A stretch of 63,671 nt of DNA, counting the filler, from Salisapilia sapeloensis CBS 127946 (Eukaryota; Protista; Oomycota): the NCBI GenBank assembly GCA_023334545.1. It is 6 parts of 6 records of this genome, joined end to end, with 100 filler letters (N's around TTAATTAATTAA, not from the genome) between each part and the next. Parts side by side here need not be neighbours in the genome. Positions count along the whole stretch, not along the records: positions 1 to 18,648 come from JAADVB010000319.1; positions 18,749 to 34,337 come from JAADVB010000364.1; 4 more parts are not named here. One strand, 5' to 3'. Positions 11,319 through 22,000 of the stretch are shown here, piece after piece (within the stretch, counting starts at the first letter, position 1; the number at the start of each line of letters is the position of its first letter). The position numbers and the translations under genes are program-made. The notes beneath the pieces are model-generated. The model did not search any database and was not told where the DNA came from. It saw nothing but the letters and a program-made list of their open reading frames with translations.

Positions 11319-14300
11319 TTAGTCTTTTTTAAACATGCGTTTAAACACATTCTCCTTCTTCTTCTTCTTGATGTCTCTTGGATTTTCACTTGCAACCGTA
11401 TGTCGAACGCCATCGATATCAATGCTCTCGAAACTGTTATACGTCGGCTGTATCCCTCCGTTCTCTCTTTCATCCAATTCAATCGTCGATACATAAGACG
11501 GTCGTGGAGCATTCATCACCGTATCGATCATCGGCCTCTTCATCACGGTATTGTCCGTACTCTTTAGTGACGGATTCCACACGGCGTCTCGGTCATGTCC
11601 ATTTCTTCCCGACGGTGTCGTCGTTTCGGCGTATCCGGTCTGGATGACCTTGGGTCCTTCATAAATCGAAGTATTTCCTCCTTCTAGCACTCGTCCCATT
11701 TTCTCAATCACGTGCTCGGACACGCCAGCTTCGACGGCCACTCGCAGCATTTCCTTTGCTGCTCTATCACTATGGACAGACGTTCTAAAGTCACTACGAC
11801 TCGACAGCTCTTCCTTGAGCTCAGCAATCTGACGCTGGTATTTCTTCATCTTCTCCTCTTGCACTCGGATCAACGACACGTGCGTCGTCATCAACCGACG
11901 ATTCGATTGAGACTGCTGCTTCCCACGTTCCTTCATCGCAACAAAGGTACTATTAGCAGCTTTATACGCATGCTGAAGCTTTCGGTTCTCTGCTTTCAAG
12001 CGTACATTTTCCTCTGATAAGCCTTCCACCTGCTTTCGCAGCTTGACGGTGTCTTCCTTGAGGTAATCGATCACACGCTCTGAGTCATCGAGCAACGTGT
12101 CGTTCGGAAGCGTACGTTCTGTCGTCTGACTATCGTCCATGGAACTACTTTTCTTTTCTCCTAAACGTTTCTTCACTTTATCTACTTCCCCATCCATACG
12201 TGCTTGCTCTCGACGAGATGCCAATAGCGCACGATACGCTTGTGTCTGCTGATACCTCTTGACGATCGACTGGATACGAGTAGCTGCATGCCGAGACTGT
12301 TGATACTTTCGTTCGGCAGTGTATCGTCGATAAGTGGATTGAATACGAGTTGCTGCTCGCATTTGTGTTCGTCGTTCCTTGTACCTACGACGGACCAAGT
12401 GACCGCGATACAGACTCTGCAGTTGAGTAATACACAAGATTATCTGCTTGCGACGTCTACGAGCAACGTGACGGCGTTGACATTGCTGTATCTTTGCTGC
12501 GTTTGCATGTAAGAACACTGTTCGTCTACTCTCGAGTGTTTCCAACACGTTGGTTCGAAAGTAAATTAGCGTCTTTCCCATCACAAACGCATCATCATCT
12601 TCTATGATCAACTGCTTTGCCAGTGCTTCACAAGCGTCGTATACAAACGTTAATGGTGATGGCTTTCCATTTCGTAAGGTCAAGAACCGTCGTAAGAACT
12701 GTTCATGCGGTAACTTATTTGGGAAAGCAGCTCGACTGATACGCACGGCTTCAACGACACCAGCACAACGCAATTGCTCCGCCACACCTTTCATATCGAA
12801 TTCATCCATCCGCTTCTCACCATTGGGTTTAACGCATCGAATATACTGAGTCTCCGTTTCAGCAATGTCTGCCACGAGTAGATTCAATTGTGCTCGGAAC
12901 TTGTAGCTGACAGTTTTTTGCATGAAGGAACTACCATTCCGATTAGAGGCACTACCTCTCGTCACAGACGTCCTCATGCTCGAGTAGTCTACTTCGGTCA
13001 GTCGATTGGTTTCATTCTGAAACACTTGGGCAAGCAGCGGATTGGAACTCGTAGCTACAAGTTCTAATAAATCTTCTTGGACAGTGTCCTTATTCTTCTC
13101 GACAAACCCTAGCGTGTCGTACGCAACATCTCCAGCGTAATGCCGGACGATGAACTGTCGTGGATCCAACCGATCACGATGGAGTTTAGCATGTCCTTCA
13201 TGCACCGACAGACTCTTGGACGCGAAGGAAGCATCACTACCTTTCGGCCGGACACTCTCTTCGTTTAGTAAAGCCAAGAGACCCATACTTCCTTCTAATA
13301 AATCTAACGTCTGGGCATTATCTACGTACGAAATGTACTTCCACTGTAACCCTTCTCGAATGTACTCGTCCTGTACACTCGCAAAGACGTCTCGCGTGAA
13401 CTTTTGCTGTAACTTTTCATTCGCAAAGTTGATACAAAACTGTTCAAAACTATTATGACGAAAGGATTCAAAGCCGAAGATGTCGAGAAGATCAATATGC
13501 AGACGATAGTCCGTCGTCCCGATACTCGCGTTCACGGATGAAACGAGGTACGCGAAGAGACGAGCATACAACTCTTTCGCCAGACCGTCGCGATTGTTCG
13601 CTGCATCATCTGCAGACAGTGGAATGGCATACACGTCCTGTCCAGCATGGACACTACGGCTACAGAGCTGCTCTCCTAGTGACGACTTAGGGACGCCCAG
13701 TAAGGTAGCTGCTTGCTCGATTTCTTTCCTTTGCTTGGACAGATATTCTAGGTTACCATTGGTATTCTGATCGTCATTCAACGCTCCGATAGCAGCACTT
13801 GCGTCTCCTGATGCAAGTGATTGAAAATCCACTTGACCGAGTCTCAGGATACCACAAAGTGCTTGGAACAGATCCACTTGATCATCACTACCTAGTCCGA
13901 TCGTTGTGAGGGCGTCACATGTAATTTGGAATCTGTTGATATCGTCAAGTCCATCAACAAGCACTGTTTCGTCATTCAAATATCGAAAGTAAGAAGCTGT
14001 TTCGTGACTTTCGAGGCGCAGACAAGATGGATTGGCTGCGACAAGTTGATAAAAGATATGGTAATTTCGTTCTTGAGGCGCTTGAGCCACAACTCGAGAC
14101 TTTTCCAGCAAATAATGACGACACTGGGCACCAACAAGCTTTTGATGACGATCGAATTGGAGCTGTGTGAACTTACCAAAGCGACTGCTATTATCATTTC
14201 GAACGGTCTTGGCATTCCCGAAGGCTTCCAAGAGCGGATTACTCTTCAAGACTTTATCCACAACATCATGTTTTTCACTCGCGTGCTTCTCGACAGACAT

Positions 14301-14870
14301 ACTGGCAAGATGCTCCATTAAGATTTTTACTGTCTCTGTCTTCCCAGCGCCTGATTCACCTGAGACTAAGATCGATTGGGAAGTGCCGTGTTGTGCCAAG
14401 TTCTTGTAGGCAGAAGCACTCGTCGCGTAGATATGAGGAGGGAGGTCACTACGAGCGTGGGAAAAGTATTGAGTACGAACCTCAGGTGTATATAGCTTCG
14501 GGATACGTTGGTATGGGTTCGTCGCGATGACAATATCACCAGTGTACGTATAAGGTTTAAACGCATAGAAACGACTGCGGACATTGTATAGGACTGCTGG
14601 TTCGTGGAGATAATGAAGGGTACATAAGTCATCGACCCCAACGGAAGAGCGGTCTATCGCGTTCTGTAAGGGCAGAGCGTCGAGCGTGTCTTCTCGTGAT
14701 AGATCGACTGTCCTTTCAAGCTCCTGATGTTTATCAATAAATTGATCTTGTAAAGGCTGGAGGCGAACGTGGAGCTTGGAAGCGTTGTCCAGAACAGACA
14801 AAATCGTCGCAGGTAGCCACTCCTGGTCCTTATCCGGCACATAGACGTTTGCTCCCGTCTCGATTTGCAT
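11319..14870 (-). CDS. Unconventional myosin heavy chain (SH3-like N-terminus, motor, about 4 IQ motifs, coiled-coil tail)
   Basis: P-loop GESGAGKT, switch I NDNSSRFGK, switch II DIFGFE, 'NFANEKLQQ', 'YIRCVKPN'; IQ-like motifs IQQCQRR, LQSLYRG, IQSTYRR and IQSIVKR. Confidence 0.96.
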   Translation of the reverse strand: MQIETGANVYVPDKDQEWLPATILSVLDNASKLHVRLQPLQDQFIDKHQELERTVDLSREDTLDALPLQNAIDRSSVGVDDLCTLHYLHEPAVLYNVRSRFYAFKPYTYTGDIVIATNPYQRIPKLYTPEVRTQYFSHARSDLPPHIYATSASAYKNLAQHGTSQSILVSGESGAGKTETVKILMEHLASMSVEKHASEKHDVVDKVLKSNPLLEAFGNAKTVRNDNSSRFGKFTQLQFDRHQKLVGAQCRHYLLEKSRVVAQAPQERNYHIFYQLVAANPSCLRLESHETASYFRYLNDETVLVDGLDDINRFQITCDALTTIGLGSDDQVDLFQALCGILRLGQVDFQSLASGDASAAIGALNDDQNTNGNLEYLSKQRKEIEQAATLLGVPKSSLGEQLCSRSVHAGQDVYAIPLSADDAANNRDGLAKELYARLFAYLVSSVNASIGTTDYRLHIDLLDIFGFESFRHNSFEQFCINFANEKLQQKFTRDVFASVQDEYIREGLQWKYISYVDNAQTLDLLEGSMGLLALLNEESVRPKGSDASFASKSLSVHEGHAKLHRDRLDPRQFIVRHYAGDVAYDTLGFVEKNKDTVQEDLLELVATSSNPLLAQVFQNETNRLTEVDYSSMRTSVTRGSASNRNGSSFMQKTVSYKFRAQLNLLVADIAETETQYIRCVKPNGEKRMDEFDMKGVAEQLRCAGVVEAVRISRAAFPNKLPHEQFLRRFLTLRNGKPSPLTFVYDACEALAKQLIIEDDDAFVMGKTLIYFRTNVLETLESRRTVFLHANAAKIQQCQRRHVARRRRKQIILCITQLQSLYRGHLVRRRYKERRTQMRAATRIQSTYRRYTAERKYQQSRHAATRIQSIVKRYQQTQAYRALLASRREQARMDGEVDKVKKRLGEKKSSSMDDSQTTERTLPNDTLLDDSERVIDYLKEDTVKLRKQVEGLSEENVRLKAENRKLQHAYKAANSTFVAMKERGKQQSQSNRRLMTTHVSLIRVQEEKMKKYQRQIAELKEELSSRSDFRTSVHSDRAAKEMLRVAVEAGVSEHVIEKMGRVLEGGNTSIYEGPKVIQTGYAETTTPSGRNGHDRDAVWNPSLKSTDNTVMKRPMIDTVMNAPRPSYVSTIELDERENGGIQPTYNSFESIDIDGVRHTVASENPRDIKKKKKENVFKRMFKKD

Positions 14871-15125
14871 CTTGTCTTGTTAGTATGTCGTACGGAACGT
14901 CGTGTGCGTCCGTGGGGGAGGAGAAGCTGTATATTCAATCAACTGAAGAATGTAACGAATACAGGTAGAGAGCTTCTGGCAAGTGATGTCCTGCGGTAGC
15001 GACGGTGGAGTCGTCGGAACGAAAGAATTTGTAAAATTCTTTTTCGTAGACGATTGCGTAATCAACTACACCCACAACTTGATACTAAAACGGATTAAAG
15101 GAGCTTTCGCTCTCGACGGCGTCGA

Positions 15126-16769
15126 ATGGAGGTCGTGGTACATGATGATGAGGAGTTGAAGAAGCTGAATAACGCTCGATCGAGCTCCAAAACAGACCTT
15201 CAAGATGACAGCAGTAGTGACGAAGGCGACACAATCACTGTCCGTGGCGCCTCGCTACGCGAAGGAGAGGCACCCAGCTTACTCTCGCGAGATGCGTTCG
15301 GACTCTTATCTCAATACGCAGCCGTCGGGCTAGTCTACGGCGCCCTACCAGCAACCATCACGCCTTTCTTTACTTACTACTTGAATATGGAAGGTGGCAC
15401 AACGACGTCCGCTAGAGCTCTATTAACGATTCCGTGGTCGATGAAAGTGTTTATTGGTATTTTATCGGATTGCGTGCCTATCTTTGGTTACCGTCGTCGA
15501 CCGTATATGGCCATCGGATGGACCCTTGCCTCTGCCTGTCTGTTCATCATGGCCTTCTTGCCCTTAGATGACCCTTACTTTCCAGCACCCGAGATGCGTA
15601 ATATCCGCCCTTCGGAGCTTACAGAAGCACAGGTCACGTCTTTACACAAAAGTGCTCCAAACAGTGGAGCGAAATACATTGCTTTGATGACAATGACAAG
15701 TATTGGCTATTTACTTGCCGACGTCGCGGCCGACGCCATTGTCGTCGATTTTGCACAGCGAGAACCAGAAGAGACGCGAGGTCAGACACAAACGGCTGTC
15801 TATGCTGTCCGAACGTCCTTCAACGTGATCGCTCAGCTCATCACTGGCTTCGGTTTAAGTTCACCAGACTATGGTGGTCACTTTGACTTTGGTCTGTCTT
15901 TTGCCCAAATCATGCTCATCCTCGGATCTTTCTGTGTCCCGGTGATTCCACTAACCGTCTTCTTTGTCCGTGAACCTAAAGTCCAAGCTCCAGATTTCCA
16001 CCAGTATATACAGAAATTGTGGTCTGCCATCAAGTCCAAAGCGGTGTACCAAGTGCTTGCCTATAGTTTTCTATCAGGTGTCTTTGGTGGATTTAGCTAC
16101 GTCGCGCAGGATCCAATGACGTCCTATTGGGTCCATGCATCTAGTTTCAATCTGAGTATTAGCGGCATCATCGGTAGTGGTGTTATGGTTATTACGTTGC
16201 TTTTTACAGGAAAGTTTGGTTTGAAGTGGAACTGGCGGGTAATGCAGGCTTTGACAACGATTATGATCATTGCTATCGACGCGACGTGCACGATGATCGT
16301 GACGTGGGACGTCTTTCGCCATCAATGGTTCTGGCTTGGGCTTCCGATTGTCGAAACCGTTCCTGCTGGTGTCGGTTTCATCGTATCCACTTTCATCGTC
16401 GTCGAGTTGTCTGGCGAAGGAAATGAAGGGGCGGTCTATGGTTTGCTGACGACGGTTGCTAACCTCGGCAGTCCGTTTGCGTTGACGTTGACCAAGATCG
16501 TCAACGCACCTTTCCATGTCTCGAATGCGGATATTATGGAGGATACGACCGAAGTACGGCGCGACGTGACGATTACCATTCTATTTTCCTACTTGATGAA
16601 GTTACTGTCACTCGCGTTCTTGCCGCTGTTGCCGAAGCAAAAGGCAGAGACACAGCAGTTGAAGAAGAATGGTGGAAGTAGTCGGAAGATGGGTATCTTG
16701 ACGGTCGGATACTTGCTCTTTGCCTTGATCTATGCGATCGCAACGAACTTTGCGAGTATCTTTCAATGA
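15126..16769 (+). CDS. Folate-biopterin transporter (BT1/FBT, MFS)
   Basis: About 12 hydrophobic segments; 'PWSMKVFIGILSDCVPIFGYRRRPYM', 'DVAADAIVV..AQREP...RGQTQ' and 'GNEGAVYGLLTTVANL' are typical of the oomycete-expanded BT1 family. Confidence 0.88.
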   Translation: MEVVVHDDEELKKLNNARSSSKTDLQDDSSSDEGDTITVRGASLREGEAPSLLSRDAFGLLSQYAAVGLVYGALPATITPFFTYYLNMEGGTTTSARALLTIPWSMKVFIGILSDCVPIFGYRRRPYMAIGWTLASACLFIMAFLPLDDPYFPAPEMRNIRPSELTEAQVTSLHKSAPNSGAKYIALMTMTSIGYLLADVAADAIVVDFAQREPEETRGQTQTAVYAVRTSFNVIAQLITGFGLSSPDYGGHFDFGLSFAQIMLILGSFCVPVIPLTVFFVREPKVQAPDFHQYIQKLWSAIKSKAVYQVLAYSFLSGVFGGFSYVAQDPMTSYWVHASSFNLSISGIIGSGVMVITLLFTGKFGLKWNWRVMQALTTIMIIAIDATCTMIVTWDVFRHQWFWLGLPIVETVPAGVGFIVSTFIVVELSGEGNEGAVYGLLTTVANLGSPFALTLTKIVNAPFHVSNADIMEDTTEVRRDVTITILFSYLMKLLSLAFLPLLPKQKAETQQLKKNGGSSRKMGILTVGYLLFALIYAIATNFASIFQ

Positions 16770-17087
16770 TGATAGTTTCTCTTTATATAGTAGACGCAAT
16801 ACACCTTCGTTTCCTATGCATTCTCATCAGACTAACCACATCACTCAAAGCAACTTTTGTGCATCTTACACACCCTGCACTGGTATGCATACATAGCATA
16901 GATAAGTAATCATCTACCTGGAGTACAAGCCATATTAATTAAATACGAGAACTAGCGCTAGCAGTTGATACTTTGAAAACCTTTGAAAAGCATAATAAAA
17001 GGACAAAATAATGCTACACGTTATAATGCAAAAAAAGAAAAGAAAATGCCCCTATAAAAAGTCCTAACCAATGCAAAAGAAAATAAC

Positions 17088-17966
17088 CTAGGCGAACGTT
17101 TCCATCGATAGCTCTGGATTGCTCTGTCGTTTCACTTGGAGTACTTTCAACCTCCGCTGCTTCCGTTCAATCGACTCTCGCTGACGATCCACGACAGGGA
17201 CACTGTAATCCTGTAGCGAAACGTACGAGCTTCCGCGCTGGGAAATCTCGCTCGGCGCAACGCTCAAGAACGATTCGAGCACCGGACAACTTTTCGTCGC
17301 GGGATGTTCAATGGCGACGCGTAGAATCTTCTGTAACTTGGCTTTCCGTTGCTCGACCAACCGGACATCATGCCTCTTCAAGTAGGACCAGACGCCAGCA
17401 GATGGGAGGCTCGGGAATGGTTGATTCCACTCTCTCGTCTCACGCAGACGCTGGGTATGTGGGCTTAGTGGAATGTTCTCTTCCGAGCTGGAGAATGGCG
17501 GTGATGACATGGCAGTGACGGCATCGAACTTGGCGTTATACTCGGACACGAGTCGAGATAATTCCGTGTGGAGGTTTTTAAAAGCTCGGAAGCGACGACG
17601 AATAGTATAAGTGGATAACAGTCCATCCGGGCCTTTAATATCGACGTGGTACATGACCGTACCGTGGTTGTTAATCGAGTGGTGAATCACATCAATCGTA
17701 ATGCCTTGATACGGGTCATGTCGAAGTCCCGAGTCTTCCTGCTCGTGCTCTCCATCATCAAGCGGATAATACTGCATCGGTTCAAAACCACTCGCGTCAC
17801 TCGTGGCGCTCTCGCGGTAAGCGTCGCCATACTTTTGCGGCGTCTCGAGCGATGTCAGGCTATTCCGAGAGCCTTTATTCGCAGCAGGGATGGCGAATAT
17901 ATAGGCCGGGTCGTCGACCGGCACAGCCGAGTCACTGAAGCGTCCTCCTTGCTGCCGATATGCCAT
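17088..17966 (-). CDS. PX (phox homology) domain protein
   Basis: 'HGTVMYHVDI...YTIRRRFRAFKNLHTEL...FPSLP...LVEQRKAKLQKIL' fits a PX fold. First ATG taken at 17966. Confidence 0.8.
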   Translation of the reverse strand: MAYRQQGGRFSDSAVPVDDPAYIFAIPAANKGSRNSLTSLETPQKYGDAYRESATSDASGFEPMQYYPLDDGEHEQEDSGLRHDPYQGITIDVIHHSINNHGTVMYHVDIKGPDGLLSTYTIRRRFRAFKNLHTELSRLVSEYNAKFDAVTAMSSPPFSSSEENIPLSPHTQRLRETREWNQPFPSLPSAGVWSYLKRHDVRLVEQRKAKLQKILRVAIEHPATKSCPVLESFLSVAPSEISQRGSSYVSLQDYSVPVVDRQRESIERKQRRLKVLQVKRQSNPELSMETFA

Positions 17967-18648
17967 GACTAGTATACTCCACTGGAGAATGTATTGTGAA
18001 GTTCTCTCGACCAAGTGGAGTTTTTCTACCTATTCGACCATACGGATGCTCTCTTCCGCTCCAGTGTCGCTTGGCATACTAAAGCAAAGTGTGGGTGGCA
18101 AATGGTAAAGGGTTGCAGCTGCGTAATGATGTGGAAATCGGCTCACATCAGTCGAAATATTGGGCTGGAAGGAATTGCCGAGTTTAATGGGATCCAAGGC
18201 AGGTGTGTGGTTTTGCATGCATATATGAGACATCGCCTTACTAGCGTAAAATCGAAGCGCTGAGTTACCATCTAAACATTGTCGCGGTCATGCGTAACGA
18301 CTCGGCTATGGAAAGGTGAGCCACGGTTGTCTAGCGTAGAAATACCATGCAAGTCTGGAACTGGTTCGCTGAGAAGTGTACTATCATGCAATCATTTGGA
18401 ATGACAAACACTTCTTGGGCCAAGTATGACGTCGCAAACCTTTTGAGGGGACGAACGGCGAAGACACTCACCTCCATTCGACCTGATCTCAAATCAATGC
18501 AGCTTTCGTCTCCAACCAAAATGATATCCTCTATGCAACGAGAAGAGAAGAGAATGAGATTGAATGTATAACGTGGGTTTTTTATAATTACTTCGTTAGC
18601 ACACATACTCCACGAGGACTCCCCACGACCTCGAGCCTTCAACACTCC

Positions 18649-18748
18649 NNNNNNNNNNNNNNNNNNNNNNNNNNNNNNNNNNNNNNNNNNNNTTAATTAA
18701 TTAANNNNNNNNNNNNNNNNNNNNNNNNNNNNNNNNNNNNNNNNNNNN
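18649..18748. other. Artificial contig linker (44N-TTAATTAATTAA-44N)
   Basis: Identical 100-nt structure occurs five times; TTAATTAATTAA gives stops in all six frames. Confidence 0.98.
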
Positions 18749-19022
18749 GATTTCGTGGATTCGCATCACCCGACCTGGTCGATCAAGTACCTTGTCGATG
18801 CCACGTGTGGACGCTCGTACCGTCGGCACCGTAGAGCGACTCACTTCCTCCATCCTCTTGTCCATACACAACGTCGATCCTACACTTCCTCCACGTTGAT
18901 AAGCGGAGTATCAGCTGACTGGCCTGTCACATGTGATACAGTAGAGATAGATGGATAAGTGCCTTGCATTGATGGGATGACCTTAGATGTTTCTGTATTA
19001 GCTTTTTTATCTGCTCCTACTG

Positions 19023-22000
19023 TTATAACGCTGCATTTTCACCATGAATACTGATCAGCTCGAGGCAATACTCGCTGACTTGGCCGGACAAGAGGAGCCG
19101 TTGGACGAGATCTCGAACGTCCGAGTCGGATGTCGTGATGCATTTGCAAAGGGCTCGGTACATGACTAATACATTTGGAGCGCTAAGTTGAACTTCTGAA
19201 GCACTCTTTAGCATCACGACAAGTCGTTCCTTAGTGGTACTCTCGGACGACTGACGTCCGTTAGTGCCGCCTCGAACAAGATCCTTCGAATGAAACGCTT
19301 TGGCATCAGCGACATACTGCTCGAGAACTAGATTGCAGCATTCTACCATGGAATGTCGGGCACGTGCTGCAAGCCATGGACCTTGCTGCTGAATCGCTAG
19401 CGTATTCAACTGCCGCACGCAACTCGCGACGATTGCCTTGTGGTACTTGCTCGACTGGATACCGTCCGATAGCTGTCTCATGAGATCATCATAAAACGCC
19501 ATCGACTCCTGCTTCTCGTCCTTCGACGGACTCGTACTGCTCTCTAGTGACGGCTCGTCCAGCAGTGCAATGGCAGTATCCACGAGACATTCCAGCACGC
19601 CCAACACCAACGTCTCATCCTCTTCTCCTTCCACGACACTCGGCATACGCCCGCTTCCAAGTCGTAGGAACCGCTCGACCGTCTCCAGAAGCGGTTGCCA
19701 GCAGTCTCGCCGGAGCTGGACTGCCGAAAGTCCTTGGGAGATCAACACCAAGAGCACTTGCAACGCATGCTTCCAGAGCTGCGTGACAGCCTTCTGTGCC
19801 GCTGGATTTAAAGTCGTGCCAGACTGGTCCGAGTACGATTGGGCATTGCCATAGAGGAACGGTCGGACGCACGAGAGGACGGACAGGAACTCGTCGTTCT
19901 GCGCCGTAGGCGATACACTAGCATACAGCTTTGCCATGGTAATAAGCGCATGCCTGGTGAAGAACGGCAGGTTCTGCGCCGACGCGATGGCAATGTACTT
20001 TACCATTTGCGCTACCACTTTCGAGTGGACACCTGGATGTGCCGCGAACGACTCGCACTCTTCAAAGGCATTCAATACGCGTGACTGGAGACTATTCGTT
20101 CCGACCGAGATGACTTTCGACGACGTATCCGCACGTAAGACATGACGCGTCAATAGCGCTTCGAATAAATCTAAAATACGACGCACGTTCCGTTCATCCT
20201 TGAATTCATGCTCCTTGCACTGCACATACACTTTAATGATGACTGCCACGACGGCACTTGCAATCTCCTGTTCATCCTCCTCTCTCCAACTCTCGTCTTT
20301 CCAAGCAGGCTCTTTCTCCGGCCGACGATTCTGACATAAGTGCAAGAGAACGTGGAATGTATTCTGCCAAAGAGCTGGATCGCGCTCCACCTTGGGCTTC
20401 GTAGCGGACGGACGTTTATTCACCTGACTTGAGCTAGATGGAACCAGAGCACCATCAACCACACGCATACCTGTACCGACTCGCACACCGTTGTGTACGG
20501 ACGACGCGTCCAGGTCGCTCATGGAAGCTACTTGCAGCAACGTCTGGAGTGTCGTGATAGCAGTCAAGACGACTTCCTTGGAGCTACCGCGAGCTGCACT
20601 TTGGGAGATGTGATCGAGCAGACGAGTCCAGACGGAAGATATCCATGTCGTTCGCGACAGCAAGTGGTGCGAGTTTGTGTGGAAGACACGACCGATACCT
20701 GCGAGCAACAGGACTCTCGATTCATCCCACTGTTTCTCGGAGCTATCTCGAGAGTGGTGCATCACAAAGCCTCCCTTTGGTGTCGCTGCCTTCGCTTCAC
20801 TACCATCAACACTTCCGTTACGAAGCTTCTCAGCAAGAGGGAGCACAGTCGTATCAATGAAAAGCTGCCAGACATCGAAGGAGAACTGACTGCCATACGT
20901 CACAGCGAGACCAAAGAGCGTGTCGAGCGCACAGTTACGCACTTCCGCTCGTCCGTCCAGTGCAATGGACGATAGCTCCTGAAAGAGACATTGCCATGTA
21001 GATGAGCTTTCCTCCTGACGCTTTCCAAGTATGTCCGCGACAGACCACAGGGCGTTCACGGCTGTTAGACTAATGTTCACGTCCTTGGCGCACGTTGCAA
21101 AGCGACTGACGCATAATACGCAGTTGGGTACGTGCTCACTGGGCGCTGCTGACAGGAGGTCATCTACGATTAACCGCAGACACTTAAATGCCACCACCTG
21201 CGTCTTAGCCTCGCCAAGTTCTCCTGCCTGTCGAATCGCATCAAAGATCAGCGGCCAACCAGTGGCAATGAGGTGTCCACAGGCGTTGAGCAAGTCGAGC
21301 ATGGCGTTGAGCATGCGATCACGCATGTCTGAATGCGTCAGTGTCTGCAGTGGCTGGAACACTTCTTTCTGATCAAACTCCTTGCTGTCTCCAGGCTGAA
21401 GCAGAGCATTTTGCATGAGCTGGAGAATGTTATCCGTCACGTACGTCTGTAGCTGTGGTAAGAGAGGAAGAGTAACATCTTGTGAGACAGGAACGAACGT
21501 CGCGATGGCCACAAGCTCAGACGTTACTTTATCAAAGCAAGTCTTGCTGCATGCAGACAATGTAATGAGTTTACGCAAGGAGAGAGGAGGTAGGAAGCCA
21601 CTGGAGCCACTTAATCCAATGCCGAGGTACGTCTGATACACATGCAGGTGGTACTCGGTGTCAACGAAGGAAGGAGGAATGACTTTATCGACACTGGTGC
21701 TGGAGGACGTTCGTTTCCACAGATCCTTGTCCTCTCGCATCAATGATGGTACACATGTCTGCTTGCGAAAGACTTTACTTAAAGCAGCTAAGAGCTGCGC
21801 ATGTGCTTCACTACTTAGCTGCAATACTTTCTGAAAGAACTCATCCACCGTCTTCCCTAGCATCACGAGCTGCTGCTCGACGTCTTCGTTATGCAGCTTG
21901 AGCGCTCGTATGCCAGTGTCTTTCACCGGGAGTTTAAAGTGTCCATTGCGCTGCCGAGAGTCCGTAAGGCCCATGGTAACCTCGAAAGCTTCCAGCACGA

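Noticed and set aside
18331-18648. Short ORFs on both strands at the end of contig 1
   Set aside because: No motif or consistent splice model; cannot distinguish a fragment from noise.
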